From Eledone cirrhosa (lineage: Eukaryota), in contig OZ024750.1 of the NCBI GenBank assembly GCA_964016885.1, positions 24,614,001 through 24,678,000 of the forward strand: a stretch of DNA of 64,000 nucleotides. Direction: 5' to 3'. The stretch's first letter is position 1; each line of letters begins with the position of its first letter. The position numbers were made by a program, and so were the translations under genes. A model generated the notes under the pieces. It did no database searches and was not told the origin of the DNA. It worked only from the letters and a program-made list of their open reading frames with translations. Shown here one piece after another: positions 29,057-41,350 of this stretch.

Positions 29057-29215
29057 CTTCCATAGTTGAAACAACCTCATAATATTGTGACGTCAGAAGC
29101 AGTTCTCCCACGTCGACAACACATTTTTTTTTTTTTTAAACACAGAACTATGCTACACATATTAGTGTCTGATTAAAGAACCTTTCTAAACGATCATACA
29201 CACACACACGCACAC

Positions 29216-29308
<93 letters not shown>

Positions 29309-29477
29309 TATACATACACACTCAGACACACGCACGCATATACATACACACTCACACACACATACATACACACACACAGATATACATATACTCAGACATA
29401 TATATATATATACTCAGACACATATATATATATACATGTGTAAGCATACACTCATGACTATGTGTGTGTACATATAC

Positions 29478-29517
<40 letters not shown>

Positions 29518-29812
29518 AAGTACTGGGTTCAGTTGGGGTAATCACAATAAGTAAGGTACTCAATACATTAGTAGAGTATACACAACAAAATTTAGTATAG
29601 AAATGACTTCTACAGGACTAGAACTGTTTCATCACCGCAGGAGGTGTTATATGGAAAAATTAAACAAAGAACCAGCCAAATATTAACAGAAGGGTCACTC
29701 AAAATATGATAACTGGATATAGATTTTAAAAGGCACCTTAAAAGCCGAAATATCGAAGTCACTGCTACAATTTTATAGACAAAAACCTACGCTGAAACTT
29801 AGCATTATACTA

Positions 29813-29988
29813 CTGTATTTCCCGGCGCCGAAGATGCTTCGTCCTTGAGGAAGCACCCTAATTTTGACAAACAAAAATTTGAAAAAAAAAAAAAAATTTA
29901 TGAACAGCCTTCGGCCTCCAGGAAGCATGGCAGATTTTTGAGACTTATTTTAGGAAAAAAGGAGCGTCTTGGACGCCGGGAAATACGG
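29813..29988. mobile_element. pogo/Tc1-mariner-type MITE
   Basis: TA|C(T)GTATTTCCCGGCG...CGCCGGGAAATACGG|TA. Confidence 0.85.
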
Positions 29989-30209
29989 TAACTTACATTC
30001 AAAATTCACAACCCACAAAACGTTTCTAAAATTACGACTCTCTCTCTCTCTCTCTTGTTGAAGGAATCCCTCACTGGTTGACCTCCACAAGTTCCTAACT
30101 CTGGCCATACAGGGCCATCTGGGGCCGAGGTATCGGGTCAGATCGTCACGTCATCTTGCTTTTGGTCGTCATCTAGTTCATCTCTATTGCCCCAGTGTCC
30201 ACGCTGTCG

Positions 30210-30253
<44 letters not shown>

Positions 30254-30256
30254 AAT

Positions 30257-30343
<87 letters not shown>

Positions 30344-30514
30344 CACACAAATACACACACACACATATATATATACATATGTATGTATGTATATATATAT
30401 ATATATTTATGTGTGTGTATCCGTGTATGTACGTATCTATATATGTGTGTGTATGTACGTAAGTACGTATGTATATACGTATGTGTTTGTGTATATGTAT
30501 ATACATGGTATATA

Positions 30515-30682
30515 CCGTATTTCCCGGCGTCGAAGACGCTACTTTTTCCCTAAAATAAGTCTCAAAAATCTACCATGCGTCCTGGAGGCCGAAGTTTGTT
30601 TATTAAATTTTTTCAAATTTTTGGTTGTCAAAATTAGGGTGCCTCCTCAAGGACGAAGCGTCTTCAGCGCCGGGAAATACGG
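30515..30682. mobile_element. pogo/Tc1-mariner-type MITE, second copy in opposite orientation
   Basis: TA|CCGTATTTCCCGGCG...CGCCGGGAAATACGG|TA. The interior is the reverse complement of 29813-29988. Confidence 0.85.
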
Positions 30683-30806
30683 TATGTATGTATGTATGTA
30701 TGTATGTATGTATGTATGTATGTATGTATGTATGTATGTATGTATGTATGTATGTATGTATGTATGTATGTATGTATGTATGTATGTATGTATGTATGTA
30801 TGTATG

Positions 30807-31427
30807 GTCAGGTCACCAGTTGGTGCTACTGGTAACATGTATCCCAGTACAACCTGTCTCATGGTCGGGTCGTTGGCGACTAAACTGGCAACCCCACCAA
30901 GGTTTCTTGGTGAGGAGGGTGACTTTGGACATCCTGCAGGACTAAAAACAAAACCTGTCAAAGGGCAAAGGAGCTCTTAAGAGTCAATGGCCATCCAAAA
31001 TCACCGGGAGAGATGACCCCTTAGCCTTTGTCAAGGCAGAATTCTAGGAGAAGGAAAACTCTGATATAACACCTGCAACCCTGATGGTATCCAATGATGT
31101 TGACTTGTTCTTCTTTTTGGTAAATATCATCTTGGTTAAGAGAGTGGGACTGGCTTTGTGCAGTGCCTTTGCTCACTATAAAAACTTCACGACACAGGCA
31201 TTGCTTTATATCTGGAGATCTCTCTGCACTTGTCGTCACATGGTACCATGGGCCCAGCGCTATGTGTCAATAATTGTCACAAGTGTAGTGTTTGTACCAG
31301 AGTTTTCAAGTCGCTGGCTGGACTAAAAAGTCACACTCGTTCAGCGCATCGGTAGGGGTTCTCCTACATGGATATAAAGTAGTGGCCGTACTCGAAAGCG
31401 AGTTGGCAGCCACCATGTATGTATGTA
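30807..31427 (+). mobile_element. Complete bipartite RTE-derived non-autonomous retroelement (~620 bp)
   Basis: Non-coding head shared with 1974 and 40861. The 3' part encodes HKCSVCTRVFKSLAGLKSHTRSAHR*, followed by a terminal CTCG-AAAG-CGAG hairpin and a (TATG)n tail. It sits next to (TATG)n. Confidence 0.75.
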
Positions 31428-31632
31428 GGAAGTACCAATAGAGCGCTGTTTTCAATAAAAAAAAAAAACGCGTTTCTAAATCATATACATATAAACTTGC
31501 AGTTAGTCTTTGACATAAATATATTGTGTACGATCTCTGTTAACAGGTTCCGGGTATAAGTACATGTACAGTTGAGTGCGTAGAGGCAAGCTTGTGTGTT
31601 TGTGAATGTGTGTATAGGTATATGTATGTATG

Positions 31633-31692
<60 letters not shown>

Positions 31693-31760
31693 CATATATA
31701 TGTGTGTGTGTGTGCATATATATATGTATATGTGTGTGTATATATATATATATATACATG

Positions 31761-31793
<33 letters not shown>

Positions 31794-31794
31794 A

Positions 31795-32013
31795 CAATCG
31801 ATCGACTTTCGTTAAATCGAACTGAGGAAGCAATGTTTCCATTGGTCTTTTCAATTGCTAGTACTATCTATCGGTCGCAACTCCAGGTAGAAGGAGCAAC
31901 GTGAAATAAAGTGTCTTGCTCAAGGACATAACGCATCGCCCGGTCCGGGAATCGAACTCACAACCTCACGTTTGCGAATCCAATTCTTTAACCACTCAGC
32001 CACGCACCTTCAC
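31795..32013 (-). mobile_element. tRNA-derived SINE family B (CORE-like)
   Basis: Minus strand: TGGCTGAGTGG A box, GAGTTCGATTCC B box, then TGTCCTTGAGCAAGACACTTT. Copies lie at 47480-47696 and 62212-62404. Confidence 0.8.
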
Positions 32014-32090
32014 ATGTGTATGTATATGGCTGTGTATTTATTTATTTATTTATTTGTTTATTTGTTATTTATTTATTTATTTATTTATTT

Positions 32091-32276
32091 AATTTCAACG
32101 TCCGTATAGAGCTAGTAAGCGGGGTGGGGGTTGGGGGTATCGTGCACTCTTTACAGTCAGTTAGTTATCAAAAAGAGATAGTGAGACAATAAAATTAAAA
32201 GATTGCGCTATAGACACAAACATACAGATACATATACACCTTCATGGCTTACTAGCTCTATACGGACGTTGAAATT
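32091..32276. repeat. 30-bp perfect inverted repeat pair with outward (TAAA)n tails
   Basis: AATTTCAACGTCCGTATAGAGCTAGTAAGC (32091-32120) and its reverse complement at 32247-32276. Confidence 0.85.
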
Positions 32277-32551
32277 GAATAAATAAATAAATAGATAAAT
32301 AAATAAATAAATACACATACATTGTCAAGTATGAAATTTGTAGAAAAAAACAAATTTCTACAAATTCCATATTTGATGAGCCAGTATATCCTTATATCAT
32401 AAGTTATACTTCCATATGTAAAGTAGGTTCTTTGTTTATCTGTGTATATATGTATGTCCTGCACACCTCTTTAAGTATGCGCGTGTGTGTGTGTGCCCCT
32501 GTGTGTGCACCTGTGTGTGTGCACCTGTGTGTGTGTGTGCCTATTTGTGTG

Positions 32552-35025
32552 TGGCGTGTGTATGTAAGTGCTTATGGGTGTGAGACTGTGTATGGTTATG
32601 TTTAGAGTGTGTGTGTGTGTGGTGTGTTTATGTAAGTGCTTATGGGTGTGAGACTGTGTATGGTTATGTTTAGAGTGCGTGTGTGTGTGGCGTGTGTATG
32701 TAAGTGCTTATGGGTGTGAGACTGTGTATGATTATGTTTAGAGTGTGTGTGTGTGTGGTGTGTTTATGTAAGTGCTTATGGGTGTGAGACTGTGTATGGT
32801 TATGTTTAGAGTGTGTGTGTGTGTGTGGTGTGTGTATGTAAGTGCTTATGGGTGTGAGACTGTGTATGGTTATGTTTAGAGTGTGCGTGTGTGTGTGGTG
32901 TGTGTATGTAAGTGCTTATGGGTGTGAGACTGTGTATGGTTATGTTTAGAGTGTGTGTGTGTGTGGTGTGTTTATGTAAGTGCTTATTGGTGTGAGACTG
33001 TGTATGGTTATGTTTAGAGTGTGTGTGTGTGTGTGGTGTGTGTATGTAAGTGCTTATGGGTGTGAGACTGTGTATGGTTATGTTTAGAGTGTGTGTGTGT
33101 GGTGTGTGTATGTAAGTGCTTATGGGTGTGAGACTGTGTATGGTTATGTTTAGAGTGTGTGTGTGTGTGGTGTGTGTATGTAAGTGCTTATGGGTGTGAG
33201 ACTGTGTATGGTTATGTTTAGAGTGTGTGTGTGTGTGTGGTGTGTGTATGTAAGTGCTTATGGGTGTGAGACTGTGTATGGTTATGTTTAGAGTGTGTGT
33301 GTGTGTGCTGTGTGTATGTAAGTGCTTATGGGTGTGAGACTGTGTATGGTTATGTTTAGAGTGCGTGTGTGTGTGTGTGGCGTGTGTATGTAAGTGCTTA
33401 TGGGTGTGAGACTGTGTATGGTTATGTTTAGAGTGCATGTGTGTGTGGCGTGTGTATGTAAGTGCTTATGGGTGTGAGACTGTGTATGGTTATGTTTAGA
33501 GTGCGTGTGTGTGTGGTGTGTGTATGTAAGTGCTTATGGGTGTGAGACTGTGTATGGTTATGTTTAGAGTGCGTGTGTGTGTGGTGTGTGTATGTAAGTG
33601 CTTATGGGTGTGAGACTGTGTATGGTTATGTTTAGAGTGCGTGTGTGTGTGGCGTGTGTATGTAAGTGCTTATGGGTGTGAGACTGTGTATGGTTATGTT
33701 TAGAGTGTGTGTGTGTGTGGCGTGTGTATGTAAGTGCTTATGGGTGTGAGACTGTGTATGGTTATGTTTAGAGTGTGTGTGTGTGTGGCGTGTGTATGTA
33801 AGTGCTTATGGGTGTGAGACTGTGTATGGTTGTGTTTAGAGTGTGTGTGTGTGTGGTGTGTGTATGTAAGTGCTTATGGGTGTGAGACTGTGTATGGTTA
33901 TGTTTAGAGTGCGTGTGTGTGTGGTGTGTGTATGTAAGTGCTTATGGGTGTGAGACTGTGTATGGTTATGTTTAGAGTGCGTGTGTGTGTGGCGTGTGTA
34001 TGTAAGTGCTTATGGGTGTGAGACTGTGTATGGTTATGTTTAGAGTGTGTGTGTGTGTGGTGTGTGTATGTAAGTGCTTATGGGTGTGAGACTGTGTATG
34101 GTTATGTTTAGAGTGTGTGTGTGTGTGGTGTGTGTATGTAAGTGCTTATGGGTGTGAGACTGTGTATGGTTATGTTTAGAGTGTGTGTGTGTGTGGTGTG
34201 TGTATGTAAGTGCTTATGGGTGTGAGACTGTGTATGGTTATGTTTAGAGTGTGTGTGTGTGTGTGGTGTGTGTATGTAAGTGCTTATGGGTGTGAGACTG
34301 TGTATGGTTATGTTTAGAGTGCGTGTGTGTGTGGTGTGTTTATGTAAGTGCTTATGGGTGTGAGACTGTGTATGGTTATGTTTAGAGTGTGTGTGTGTGT
34401 GTGGTGTGTGTATGTAAGTGCTTATGGGTGTGAGACTGTGTATGGTTATGTTTAGAGTGTGTGTGTGTGTGTGGTGTGTGTATGTAAGTGCTTATGGGTG
34501 TGAGACTGTGTATGGTTATGTTTAGAGTGCGTGTGTGTGTGGCGTGTGTATGTAAGTGCTTATGGGTGTGAGACTGTGTATGGTTATGTTTAGAGTGTGT
34601 GTGTGTGTGTGTGGCGTGTGTATGTAAGTGCTTATGGGTGTGAGACTGTGTATGGTTATGTTTAGAGTGCGTGTGTGTGTGGTGTGTTTATGTAAGTGCT
34701 TATGGGTGTGAGACTGTGTATGGTTATGTTTAGAGTGCGTGTGTGTGTGTGTGGCGTGTGTATGTAAGTGCTTATGGGTGTGAGACTGTGTATGGTTATG
34801 TTTAGAGTGCGTGTGTGTGTGGTGTGTTTATGTAAGTGCTTATGGGTGTGAGACTGTGTATGGTTATGTTTAGAGTGCGTGTGTGTGTGTGTGTGTGGCG
34901 TGTGTATGTAAGTGCTTATGGGTGTGAGACTGTGTATGGTTATGTTTAGAGTGCGTGTGTGTGTGATGTGTTTATGTAAGTGCTTATGGGTGTGAGACTG
35001 TGTATGGTTATGTATCGAGTGTGTG
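32552..35025. repeat. Satellite of ~36 x 66-74-bp units with embedded variable (GT)n
   Basis: Constant TATGTAAGTGCTTATGGGTGTGAGACTGTGTATGGTTATGTTTAGAG followed by a variable (TG)n. Confidence 0.95.
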
Positions 35026-35381
35026 TGGGTTTGTGTGTTAGTGTATGTGTGTTTGACTATGTGTGTGTGTATGGTTATTGTGTCGCGTGTGTATGTGTAT
35101 GCAAGTGCTTATGTGTGTGAGACCGTCTATGGTAATGTGTGTGTGTGTGTGTGTGTATGTGCGCACGTATGTGTCGAGTGTGTGTGAGTGTGTATGTGTG
35201 AGTGTGTATGTGTGTGAGTGTGTGTATGTGTGAGTGTGTGTATATGTGAGTGTGTGTGTGAGTGTGTGTATGTGTGAGTGTGTGTGAGTGTGTGTGTGTG
35301 TGAGTGTGTGTATGTGAGTGTGTGTATGTGTGAGTGTGTGTATGTGTGAGTGTGTGTGTGAGTGTGTGTGTATGTGAGTGT

Positions 35382-35460
<79 letters not shown>

Positions 35461-35493
35461 TGTGTGTGTATGTGAGTGTGTGTATGTGAGTGT

Positions 35494-35556
<63 letters not shown>

Positions 35557-35667
35557 ACAACGTGTAAGTTCATGCAGACCCCCGCAGAACATGTGTGTGT
35601 ACACGTGACTGATATGTATTTAAATTTGCATACATACACACATATGAATAATAAATCTTTAGAGATG

Positions 35668-35702
<35 letters not shown>

Positions 35703-35995
35703 ACACACAAACACTAATTCACTCACTCACTCACACTCACACATATATATATACACACACATATATACACACACGCATGCACAATCGCACGCGCACGCAC
35801 ACACACACACCTATATATATTTCCTTCTCCCCTCTCCCTCCACCCACCACCACCTCTACACGTCTCACACCCTTTCACCACTCGCTTTCATTTAAATTAT
35901 TTTTCCTTCCTTTTAATTTTTTTCTCCTCCTTTGTAATGTCTTTCCACCACTCCCCCCTCACACCCTCGGAACTTTTTTCCTTCCTACTTTTCTC

Positions 35996-36023
35996 CCGAT
36001 GAAGGGCTTATGCCCGAAACGTC
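35996..36023 (+). ncRNA. Minimal hammerhead motif, one core mismatch
   Basis: CCGAUGA-A-GGGC-uuau-GCCC-GAAA-CG-UC. Helix I is weak. Confidence 0.6.
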
Positions 36024-36110
36024 GCCCCCCACCCACCACTCTCACGCGTGAACCGAATACCAACACTTCGTACTGCACTCTTTGTTATTGTTTTTGTATT
36101 TTGTTGTTTA

Positions 36111-36158
<48 letters not shown>

Positions 36159-36211
36159 TTATATCTGAGTTTATATATATATATATATATAAGTTTATAT
36201 ATATATATATA

Positions 36212-36243
<32 letters not shown>

Positions 36244-36372
36244 AGTTATATCTAAGTTTATATATATATATATATATAAGTTTATATATATATATATAAG
36301 TTTATCCCGGGTTTAATCGGGGGTAACCACAGTAACTCAATACAAAGCATAGTATCTAAATATTTAATATAG

Positions 36373-36420
36373 AAAAGGTTCTACAGAACTAGAACCGTTT
36401 CATTCATGAGAAATCATCAG
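36373..36420 (-). ncRNA. Decayed type I hammerhead with full helix III in Penelope-like 3' fragment (36305-36447)
   Basis: CUGAUGA-uuucucaugaau-GAAA-c-GGUUCUA-guucug-UAGAACC-uuu. A homologous fragment at 29520-29640 ends in GUC. Confidence 0.55.
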
Positions 36421-36444
36421 GAATCTGATGATTTCATCAGGAAG

Positions 36445-36551
<107 letters not shown>

Positions 36552-36577
36552 TATATATATATAATATATATATATAT

Positions 36578-36820
36578 AATATAAAATCAAAACATGGTTA
36601 AAAGAGTCCCATGTATTTTATTATGCGCATTTCAAAAACAAATATCATCCTATGATGATATTTGTTTTTGAAATGCGCATAATAAAATACATGGAATTCT
36701 TTTAACCATCTTTTGATTTTATATTATTTATACTCCAGTCCTACAAACTGTTGAGTGCTACTTATCCGATATTTGCATTGCTTTATTGTGCTACAATAAA
36801 ACTCACCTCCTACATTATAT
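36578..36820 (+). mobile_element. Second fold-back copy of the 9601-10033 family with a different turn-around point
   Basis: Arms are ~70 bp, centred at ~36651 inside hammerhead stem II. It has the same GAAATGCGCATAATAAAA and the same 3' tail. Confidence 0.8.
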
Positions 36821-36915
36821 ATATCTGGTTCCTGATGAAATCATCAGCTTCCTGAGCATATTCTACGGTGGATATGGCGCATGTCTCTCGGACATGACAC
36901 CCTTAATTTAATTTT

Positions 36916-36986
<71 letters not shown>

Positions 36987-37274
36987 TACACAGAACATAT
37001 TTAGAATATAGAAATATACTATAGAACTGTCATAGAATTATTTTCTCCTCTTCTATCATTTTTCTATTCTCTCTTCATTTCATCTCTTTCGTTTCCTTTC
37101 CCAATTCTCATTTTTTCCTTTCATTTTATTCTCTTTTATATCCCTTCGGATTATTATTGTGTGTGTGTGTATATATGTGTGTGTATGTTTGTGTGTGTGT
37201 ATATATATGTGTGTGTGTGTGTATATATGTGTGTGTATGTTTGTGTGTGTATATATATGTGTGTGTGTGTTCAA

Positions 37275-37346
<72 letters not shown>

Positions 37347-37480
37347 AAAATAAATAAGCGCCATAAAAATTTAATCATTAATATTTTTATCGATATGATT
37401 AAGTTCAAATTTTAATCTTCCATTTTTTTTTTCTTCAGAAAAAAAAAAAAAACACACGTGCGCAGATGCTAACACGGGCG

Positions 37481-37658
37481 GTCATACATACACACGCGCT
37501 CATACATACACACGCGCTCATACATACACACGCGCTCATACATACACACGCTCTCATACATACACACGCGCTCATACATACACACGCGCTCATACATACA
37601 CACGCGCTCATACATACACACGCTCTCATACATACACACGCGCTCATACATACACACG
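37481..37658. repeat. 18-bp minisatellite (~10 copies)
   Basis: Unit TCATACATACACACGCGC. Confidence 0.9.
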
Positions 37659-38059
37659 TAATAGAATGCCATCATATCAATTTTATTACGTAATAAAGGC
37701 AGAGGTTGTATTTATATTGTTTTCTGTCCCTGGTTCAGTTGTCATAATTTGATTAGTTTTAAAAAGTCAGATGGCAGATGATTGGGTGATTGGATGGTTG
37801 GATTGACAGCGAAGTGGGTTGGTATAGAGGAAGATATAACTGTAGGAAGATTAATGGAGTTCACTTCATTCTGTTCCAAACATTTGGACCAGACGCTTTC
37901 CTTCCTACGCAGCTTGGCTTTTTTTTCAACGGTCATTGACCTGTAGCCGCATCGATAGCATCATAGATGCTGCTTTCCTCTTCTGACTAGCTTAAATTAT
38001 AAAATACAAAAATGAAGAATTTATGAAAATCTATATATGTATGCTTTATACACAAATGC

Positions 38060-38101
<42 letters not shown>

Positions 38102-38128
38102 CGTTTCTGAATTTGTTTAGCAAGATTC

Positions 38129-38260
38129 TTTTGTGCCTCTCCTTTGTTCTGTCCTACGCCATCTTGTTTTTGGCGTAGGACAGAACAAAGGAGAGGTACA
38201 AAACAAAGAGAAGAATCCCCAGTCACTGAAGAGGTCACAGAATGTGTGTCGAAAGAACTT
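38129..38260 (+). repeat. 33-bp-arm hairpin followed by decayed hammerhead-like motif
   Basis: IR 38129-38161 / 38171-38203. CTGAAGA lies at 38226 and GAAA at 38251. Confidence 0.6.
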
Positions 38261-38416
38261 TGACAATATATGAACAACCGTCCGGTTGTGGAACCAACCA
38301 ACCAACCAGCCGGAAATTTATAAATTCTTAAATTTATAAATTTAATTTATAATAAATTGGAGTGAAAGCAACAGGTGCGTGTGTTTCTTAATGGCAACAT
38401 GACCCTCCCAAAGTAT

Positions 38417-38495
<79 letters not shown>

Positions 38496-38557
38496 TATAT
38501 ATATATATATAGATATATATATATATATAGATATATATATATAGTTATATATATATA

Positions 38558-38724
38558 GGAAAAAAGTGAGGACCCCGACAGGTGAGCTCCGGCCGTTTCA
38601 ACAGCTAGGTCTGAACAGCCGTCAAGGTCCTCACTCTTTTCCTATTACCCACTCTACTACCCTAAGTATCGAGTACTCTAGTGCGTTATGGTTCACCTGG
38701 TTCCTTACCACACTTCCTTCGTTA
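38558..38724 (-). mobile_element. Most complete copy of the short hammerhead-like TA-embedded element (candidate retrozyme)
   Basis: Long helix I GGAAAAGAGTGAGGACC / GGTCCTCACTTTTTTCC encloses a degenerate core, stem II, and GAAA-cggc...GAGCTC...GUC. Confidence 0.6.
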
Positions 38725-38979
38725 TATATATATTTGGGAGCCCCTACATGGACACACTAGAAGAGGAAGACCAAGACCGATGTGTAGTGTCCAGTAGGTA
38801 TATTGGTGCTGTATATATATATATATATATTTATATAACGAAGGAATTGTGGTAAGGAACCAGATGGACCATAACGCACCAGAGTACTCAATATTTAGGG
38901 TAGTAGAGTGGGTAATAGGAAAAAGTATGACTCCGACGGCAGAGCTCAAGCCATTTCGACTTTTTCCTATATTTATATA

Positions 38980-39219
38980 CAGAGGAGACTGAGGTTAGCT
39001 GGACATGCTCACCGACATCCAGAGTTGACATTGCACTCAGTGCTCCTGTGGGAGCCCCTACATGGACACACTAGAAGAGGAAGACCAAGGTTAACGTATG
39101 TTGATGCCCTAAGGACAGACACTGGTCTGTTGGAGACGCAGGACATGGCAGCGATAATGAGGGACAGAGACCGCTGGAGAGAACTCGTCCATGGATCTCG
39201 GGAATTTTACCCGCCTTAG
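38980..39219 (+). mobile_element. RTE-clade LINE 3' fragment
   Basis: RRLRLAGHAHR...LLWEP...RRGRPRLTYVD...MRDRDRWRELV. A small duplicate lies at 38735-38776. Confidence 0.85.
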
Positions 39220-39323
<104 letters not shown>

Positions 39324-39962
39324 ATACAAAAGTGAAACAACTAAAATACTAGAAATTGTGTTAGGAAAAATGTTCTACATCAGGTCAAAGATAGTTTCAA
39401 TGTACTTTAGAGAAAATGTACTTTAGAGAAAATGTACTTTAGAGAAAATGTACTTTAGAGAAAATGTACTTTTAACGACATCAAATGTGTTACATTTTTT
39501 CTTTGTTATTAGTGAATGATCAGATTTTCTCTCAACACTTTTTAATGGGCTGGAAAGTTGTATGGAATTGCATGTTCATCCTGATTGACACATATACTAA
39601 CTTACTCCCAAATATTTCCTCAAATACTTATTCCCAATATGTGTTTAAGAGAATATGTAGTATATCAGTTGTTACTAAACTTTTGAGTTTGCTTATTTGA
39701 ACAGCTAGGGGTGTTAAGTAGTTACCTATGTGTATTTCGGAATCCAAATAAGAAGGATTTGAATAAGTACAAAGTTCGCCTAAATTAATCTAAAAGGTTT
39801 CTTGCTAAGTATTTTGTTTATTATATATTTGTTTTTTTACCTGTGCTACCTTACATTTTAATCCAGTGATCCTCACACTTATTTTGTCGCCGAATACTTA
39901 CCTATATTTTACGGACAGCCCTCAAAACCCTAAGGCAGTAAATGAAACAAAAATCGTTTTAA

Positions 39963-40141
39963 TCCTTTAATATTTAAATCGGCCATATCCGGCCAGAATT
40001 CTCTCACCTTTTTCTGTTCAAACCAGCCATAACTGTCCGTTCATATTGATGTTAAGGTATTGTTCTCAAAACAAATAATATCAAAATCTCATATATTTGA
40101 TATTATAATAGTATATATAGAGTCAAGTAAATGCTAAAGGG
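39963..40141. mobile_element. piggyBac-type MITE (older copy)
   Basis: TTAA flanks and an AATGCTAAAGGG|TTAA end. Inverted homolog of 13935-14131. Confidence 0.7.
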
Positions 40142-40860
40142 TTAAAGAGAGAATTTGTTCATGTATTTTTATAAAAAGATATGATAAATATATATTAAAT
40201 TTTATTGAAAGATACTCTAACTCATGGAAGCCCAGAATGTTTTCCCCAGAACATACTTTGGGAAACACTTTGCATGCCCAATAAAAATATTGAGGCTTGA
40301 ATTAATCGCTGTTGCTGTGTGTGTGTGTGTGTTATTGATAAGTACATTTTGAGTATTGCTTGTAAGTGATTTAAAGATGTTCAACTATTGAGTTGTAGAC
40401 GTCAATTTGTTTTTATTTTTTCTTGATATGTCAGTAAAAAGCTAACACTGGGTGCCAACAGTTTCACACTACTCCATAAAAACCTAACATTTTACGACAT
40501 TTACAAGAATAGAAACACTCCTTCAGTATCAAAACATTTTAAATCCCCAAAGAATTATGTTATTACTGAATAGTAGGAATATTTTCACTTTGATGTCACT
40601 GATTTGTGACATTTGTACTAATAACCTGTGACTTGTCACAAAGCTTTTCATGGAAATATCAAGTGGATATGATATGATGTTTTATTTATTCGTTTATTTT
40701 ATATCTCATTCGTAGATAATAGAGTCGTTTGTAGCAATAAGATAATCATTGGTTCACTGCATTTCTAATGGCGATAGGAACAAGGGAAAGTTTCTAATTT
40801 GGTGGGATTCTTTCCAAGAGAACCAGTTTTTTTTATACGCTGCTTACATTATACATTTAG

Positions 40861-41350
40861 TCAGGTCACTCTTGAGTGCTACTAGTAACATGTAACCCAG
40901 TACAATCTGTCACATGGCCGGATCGTCGGTGACTAAACCAGCAACCCCACCAAGTTTACTTGGTGAGGAGAGTGATTTTGGACACCGTGCAGGACAAAAA
41001 ACAAAACCTGACAAAGGGCGGAAGAACTCATAAGAGTCAACGGCCATGTAAAAGAAAAATAATAATAACCCTGCCAAATCAATGGATGGCAGTATTTCCA
41101 GCTGCATGCTTCGAAAGACTGGTGTAGTGGTTCTGAGAAACAATGCGGCTTTGAAGATGATCAATGCAAATTGACAATGGAAAGACACTCCCGCTAGAGT
41201 TAGAAGAGAACTATTGACCTTCGGGAGAAGCAGCGAACCTTGATTGTATTCAGCCACCGAAACAAATATGAAGTACACCAAATCCAATACTCCTAGAGGC
41301 GGCCTTGGGTCTTCTTATTTGCAAGTGTAAACTCAGGTAGATTAGAGATA
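40861..41350 (+). mobile_element. Non-autonomous retroelement: shared RTE-like head plus a different body with (GATTA)n tail
   Basis: The head equals 1974/30807. Body 41068-41350 matches 54337-54625. Confidence 0.7.

Noticed and set aside
27277-29111. Formin/extensin-like poly-Pro, Gly-rich or His-rich proteins
   Set aside because: Compound trinucleotide microsatellites open in several frames on both strands, directly abutting a dead LINE.
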